Positions 60,366 through 64,000 of a stretch of DNA of 64,000 nt are shown piece after piece. The position numbers and the translations under genes were made by a program. Each line of letters opens with the position of its first letter. Within the stretch, counting starts at the first letter, position 1. The notes below the pieces were generated by a model. That model was not told where the DNA came from, searched no databases, and saw nothing but the letters and a program-made list of their open reading frames with translations. This DNA is from Escherichia phage vB_Eco_OMNI12. The stretch lies in sequence record OL362041.1; one strand, given 5' to 3'.

Positions 60366-60553
60366 TATTCTTCTACATGTTGTTTACGACCTTTCCTATC
60401 AATAAAGGTATATTCAACGAATGTTCCAATATAGTCTTTATCTACATCATGTGGACTATTAATTGGGCATTTAGTACGGCAAATGCGTTCCCATTGACGA
60501 ATAATTTCCACTTTGTTTTTAGGATCAAACGGATGCGGGTAATGTACTTTCAT
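60341..60553 (-). CDS. Hypothetical small protein (70 aa)
   Basis: ORF. Confidence 0.4.
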   Translation of the reverse strand: MKVHYPHPFDPKNKVEIIRQWERICRTKCPINSPHDVDKDYIGTFVEYTFIDRKGRKQHVEEYCLKVTWL

Positions 60554-61004
60554 AATCCACCACTATTAAATCAATATCAGGAGTAAACATGTCGATTAAT
60601 TTAGAAACCTTATCCCAATCGCCGCCAGCAATACCGCAACCTATGCGTGGAATGTAAATTACTGGTTTAAACAAAAGGGTTTCTGCCTGTAGATTTAATT
60701 CTATCATGCAGTTTACTAAAGCACCATAATCAAGATTAGGACCCGGTTCGTATTGTGTATACAGGTTATAGCATATACCAAATCCCGTAGGGCTATGTTT
60801 AAAAACAATAGACATATCGCCTAATTTATCACGAGAACCGTACTCGGTAGTGGTTTTATCTATTTCTAAAATTTTGGGATAGGCTCTTGCTAATTGACCC
60901 GCTACGCCAGAGCCCATTGTGTGGAAGCAATTGCACCCGTGCGCAATAATATTACCTTGAAGAAATAGGGCGACAATATCGCCCTTGATATATTTTACAA
61001 TCAT
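60525..61004 (-). CDS. Macro-domain protein (ADP-ribose binding/hydrolase-like, 159 aa)
   Basis: Motifs GDI...QGNIIAHGCNC...MGSGVAGQ and GCGIAGGDW typical of macro domains. Confidence 0.65.
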   Translation of the reverse strand: MIVKYIKGDIVALFLQGNIIAHGCNCFHTMGSGVAGQLARAYPKILEIDKTTTEYGSRDKLGDMSIVFKHSPTGFGICYNLYTQYEPGPNLDYGALVNCMIELNLQAETLLFKPVIYIPRIGCGIAGGDWDKVSKLIDMFTPDIDLIVVDYESTLPASV

Positions 61005-61342
61005 CTAGTACTCAATCCTCGATTATAAGAATCTACTAAACGGTCAACCATTGAATGACAAGCGGCTTTATCTTTCTCCTCCGCAACTGAACATTCTAAG
61101 GTATTCCACTTTTTAGCATATCGTTTTAACAATGTATCATTTTTGTATCTGCTTGATTTATCTCTTTCTCCGTCTTTATATGCATATATTAATTTCTGCG
61201 CAAATTCAGCTTGGCATGCTTTATTTTTCCCGCAATAATCCGCTGCAGTACGGTTTACATACTCTCTAATTTCAGTATATGATGTATCTGCTAACACAGA
61301 AAATGAAATTAATCCTATACATAAAACCAAAATTTTAGTCAT
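61001..61342 (-). CDS. Secreted Cys-containing protein (113 aa)
   Basis: Signal peptide; position of T4 vs. Confidence 0.45.
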   Translation of the reverse strand: MTKILVLCIGLISFSVLADTSYTEIREYVNRTAADYCGKNKACQAEFAQKLIYAYKDGERDKSSRYKNDTLLKRYAKKWNTLECSVAEEKDKAACHSMVDRLVDSYNRGLSTR

Positions 61343-61880
61343 TTACTATTTCCAAAAGTTTATTATTTTTAAGGTAATTAGCCTTTTCTAGGACTTCAGA
61401 AGCATATTTAGAACCTGCTTTAACATTCCATCCCGAATTATAAGATGATATTGCTTTTCTTATATCACCCTTATGTATATTTAACCAATAAGAAAGTTCA
61501 ATGTACGCCCAGGAAGCTGAATTGGACCGTTTATTCAACATTCTTTTTATTTCAGCATCGGTCATATTATAACCAAGTTCCTTGACTCTCGCTCGCATAG
61601 TAGGCAAATAATTTTGGAACATTCCATAAGCGTGATGCTTTGGTTTAGATTTTAAATTAACTCCGCCAGAGCTTTCTTGCCATAAAATAGCAGCCATTAT
61701 ATGACCTAATCCGCTCTTGTGGATATTTTTGTGTGTTTTATATTTTCCATCCTTAGAAAATTGTTCCCCGAATTGATACGCGTAACGCATGTTATCGAGT
61801 TGGACATTACTGAAAGTATGCTCGGAGCTATGTGCCATCATTGAAATGGCCAATAGACCAGCGAGTAGTGCTTTTCTCAT
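61335..61880 (-). CDS. Secreted lytic-transglycosylase-like protein (181 aa)
   Basis: Signal peptide; AAILWQESSGG resembles the SLT catalytic ES motif. Confidence 0.5.
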   Translation of the reverse strand: MRKALLAGLLAISMMAHSSEHTFSNVQLDNMRYAYQFGEQFSKDGKYKTHKNIHKSGLGHIMAAILWQESSGGVNLKSKPKHHAYGMFQNYLPTMRARVKELGYNMTDAEIKRMLNKRSNSASWAYIELSYWLNIHKGDIRKAISSYNSGWNVKAGSKYASEVLEKANYLKNNKLLEIVND

Positions 61881-61887
61881 GCTTACC

Positions 61888-62349
61888 TCATTGAGTTTTA
61901 ATTACTGCTTTAGAAGCCTTTCCTGGTAAACGACGACTATTGATAATTGCCATCCTGCATTGAAGCGACGGGTCTTTGAACTTCGCATTAGGTTTACAAA
62001 CTGTAAATCCAAGCCAAAGATTTCCATCTGTGATTTCTAAACGTCCAGGACGGTATTCAACCCCATCAATAAAATCCTCATCAATGTCAGGACGCGGAGG
62101 CATACTCAGGAATTCATTAACTTCTAAAACATGGTCTTTTATTTTGTGGAATAATTCAAAAACATATGTCTCATCAATCTCCCGTTGAATTGCACGATCA
62201 AGAAGATGCTGAGAATATTTTAGATGAAACGATGAGACCCCTGCTGCTTTTGATGCCTCACGAATCTCATTGTTAATTTGACGAAACTCCGACTCAAAGT
62301 GACGACGAAGCTTATTTCGACGGATAAAAACTTCTGTATTGATAGTCAT
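61888..62349 (-). CDS. regB: RegB site-specific endoribonuclease
   Basis: 153 aa as T4 RegB; ATG with AGGAG SD and early promoter upstream. Confidence 0.85.
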   Translation of the reverse strand: MTINTEVFIRRNKLRRHFESEFRQINNEIREASKAAGVSSFHLKYSQHLLDRAIQREIDETYVFELFHKIKDHVLEVNEFLSMPPRPDIDEDFIDGVEYRPGRLEITDGNLWLGFTVCKPNAKFKDPSLQCRMAIINSRRLPGKASKAVIKTQ

Positions 62350-62376
62350 GTTGTTCTCCTCTTAACTGATAGAAAA

Positions 62377-62406
62377 ATTATACCACAGTCAAGAGGAAAA
62401 GTAAAC
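62377..62406 (-). promoter_or_regulatory. T4-type early promoter upstream of regB
   Basis: Minus strand GTTTAC ... TGGTATAAT. Confidence 0.55.
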
Positions 62407-62408
62407 AG

Positions 62409-62729
62409 TTATTCTTTAAATCTAATCAATTTATTCATAGACTTTGAAACTTCTGCACGAACCTCATGTAGATTTTTGAGCTGTTCAAGACGCTGCTCAT
62501 AGTAAGCAATTTCATCTTCTTCGAGACAGTCCTGTGAATCTTCTTTAAGATACCGTGCATAGTCCTGGAAAGCGTTACGGACTACTTCCTGGAAGTCATC
62601 AAGACTTTGAATTTTCTTAGGAGCAGCAGACACACGACGAGGGGCAGTATAATACTCATAACCAAACCCTGCGCTTAATTGAGCCATTAATATTTTTCCT
62701 CTGGTTGGAACACAGCACGACAAGCCCAC
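62409..62729 (-). CDS. Hypothetical protein (106 aa)
   Basis: ORF. Confidence 0.4.
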   Translation of the reverse strand: MGLSCCVPTRGKILMAQLSAGFGYEYYTAPRRVSAAPKKIQSLDDFQEVVRNAFQDYARYLKEDSQDCLEEDEIAYYEQRLEQLKNLHEVRAEVSKSMNKLIRFKE

Positions 62730-62989
62730 ATACTAGCTTCTTTGAGTTTCGTTTTAGCAATAGCTAACTGATCGAGGCTTTCAGCATAATTCTTCGCGAG
62801 TTCAAAGTCTTCGCAATTATCTAGTGCTTCCCAGAATTCATCATATAAAGCATCAAAGATAAGTCCTAAACGAACTTCAGCGTCTTTAATAGCATTTACT
62901 TTACCGATTTTTTCGTCGGTATGTGGCTTATAACCTTTAATATCTTCAATCATATTTGACTTCCTCACCAGTACATAAATCGTATTCAA
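62687..62989 (-). CDS. Hypothetical protein (100 aa)
   Basis: ORF. Confidence 0.4.
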   Translation of the reverse strand: MNTIYVLVRKSNMIEDIKGYKPHTDEKIGKVNAIKDAEVRLGLIFDALYDEFWEALDNCEDFELAKNYAESLDQLAIAKTKLKEASMWACRAVFQPEEKY

Positions 62990-63167
62990 CTAAACGAATA
63001 GGTTCATGAATGCCATATCCCTGAACAGAAATTTCTGTCGTAGGATAAATTCCACTAATATCACCCATATTCCACGCTTCATTAAATTGCTGTTCGCCTG
63101 AATTACTAAACCATTCTGCGAAAGCATTTAACACATCTTTAGAACCTTCAATAATTATCTTTGCCAT
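62946..63167 (-). CDS. Hypothetical small protein (73 aa)
   Basis: ORF. Confidence 0.4.
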   Translation of the reverse strand: MAKIIIEGSKDVLNAFAEWFSNSGEQQFNEAWNMGDISGIYPTTEISVQGYGIHEPIRLVEYDLCTGEEVKYD

Positions 63168-63529
63168 TACAAGCTCTCAGTAAAGGTACGAGCGATAACG
63201 TCGCGCTGCTGTTCCGGAGTCAGAGAGTTAAAGCGAACTGCATAACCGGATACACGGATGGTCAGCTGCGGATATTTTTCCGGATGCTTAACTGCATCTT
63301 CCAGAGTTTCACGACGCAGAACGTTAACGTTCAGGTGTTGACCACCTTCAATTTTAACTGTAGGCTGTTGCTCAATTTCAATTTCACGGGCATGCAAACC
63401 ATAGAAAATTTCTGGGTCTACAAAAGAGTCCTCTTTAAAGGTTTTAGAGACAATAATTCGTGCTTGAATACCATCTTCAAAATAAATAGTACCTTTATGT
63501 GTGCCTTCAAGAATTTGATATGCTTTCAT
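63167..63529 (-). CDS. Autonomous glycyl radical cofactor (GrcA/YfiD-like; T4 Y06I-type)
   Basis: C-terminal 60 aa essentially identical to E. coli GrcA including glycyl radical motif RVSGYAV; 3-prime half is GC-rich and host-like. Confidence 0.8.
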   Translation of the reverse strand: MKAYQILEGTHKGTIYFEDGIQARIIVSKTFKEDSFVDPEIFYGLHAREIEIEQQPTVKIEGGQHLNVNVLRRETLEDAVKHPEKYPQLTIRVSGYAVRFNSLTPEQQRDVIARTFTESL

Positions 63530-63535
63530 ATAACC

Positions 63536-63916
63536 TCAATTAGAAAATAATTTTATCCAAGATTGTTCTTTAATTAAAAATGGCTCAGAATCATATGCCA
63601 TTAAACTTTGAGTAATTAATCCTTTAAATGGTCCATCAATAAATTCCATGGTAAAATATGGAATTTTATTCATTAATCTTGCATTAGGAGCAGTGCACAA
63701 AACTCTGCATCCTTTGAATACACCTTTTTGTAATTTGTATTGCTTGGGATAAAATTCGCTCAAGACGTTGTTATTTGCCAAAATTTCAAAATGATTCACC
63801 AATTTATTTTTAATAGTTTTTGGCGAAAAATAAAGATATTCGAAAAGTTGCGTATCTGTCATCATTGCATTCCAATTACGAAAAACTGCGGACGAGTAAT
63901 ACCGCCAATGCAGCAT
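63536..63916 (-). CDS. Hypothetical protein (126 aa)
   Basis: ORF; start uncertain. Confidence 0.4.
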   Translation of the reverse strand: MLHWRYYSSAVFRNWNAMMTDTQLFEYLYFSPKTIKNKLVNHFEILANNNVLSEFYPKQYKLQKGVFKGCRVLCTAPNARLMNKIPYFTMEFIDGPFKGLITQSLMAYDSEPFLIKEQSWIKLFSN

Positions 63917-64000
63917 TTACTATTGCAGCAGTGTTGCACAGTTTCAATATGAATATCGTAAATCTTATCCATATCAGGAGATTTGACAGGCTCATCAATT

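Overview
This window is the early/middle-gene arm of a T-even (T4-like, Tequatrovirus-type) myophage. Almost every gene is on the minus strand, in the canonical T4 order: rIIA, topoisomerase gene 39, dexA, dda, srd, modA/modB, soc, dCTPase 56, dam, primase 61, sp/dmd, helicase 41, uvsX, dCMP hydroxymethylase 42, imm, DNA polymerase 43, regA, clamp loader 62/44, clamp 45, rpbA, 46/47, alpha-glucosyltransferase, late sigma gp55, nrdH/nrdG/nrdD, endonuclease VII, pin, nrdC, a block of hypothetical nrdC.x-type genes, tk, a macro-domain protein, regB and a GrcA-like glycyl-radical cofactor. Several proteins (Dda, Dam, Soc, UvsX) match T4 sequences I recall almost residue for residue, but the phage is not T4 itself: gene 39 is unsplit, nrdD has no intron, segF is absent between soc and 56, an extra HNH endonuclease sits between 46 and 47, and the beta-gt locus holds a different 282-aa glycosyltransferase. 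Non-coding signals are recurrent T4-type early promoters (GTTTAC -35, TGGTATAAT-like -10) and UUCG/CGAA-tetraloop hairpins after genes. No tRNA, rRNA or CRISPR array was seen. The most interesting candidates are a PD-(D/E)xK-like ORF translationally coupled to dam, a convergent plus-strand membrane ORF, homing-endonuclease genes that copy the N-termini of neighbouring genes, a tandem four-gene paralog array, an ATPase/nucleotidyltransferase/membrane-protein cluster, and a chimeric host-like grcA gene. All coordinates of promoters, hairpins and sub-60-aa ORFs were counted by eye and may be off by a few nt; several ORF-track starts are GTG/TTG and were moved to the nearest ATG with a Shine-Dalgarno (SD).
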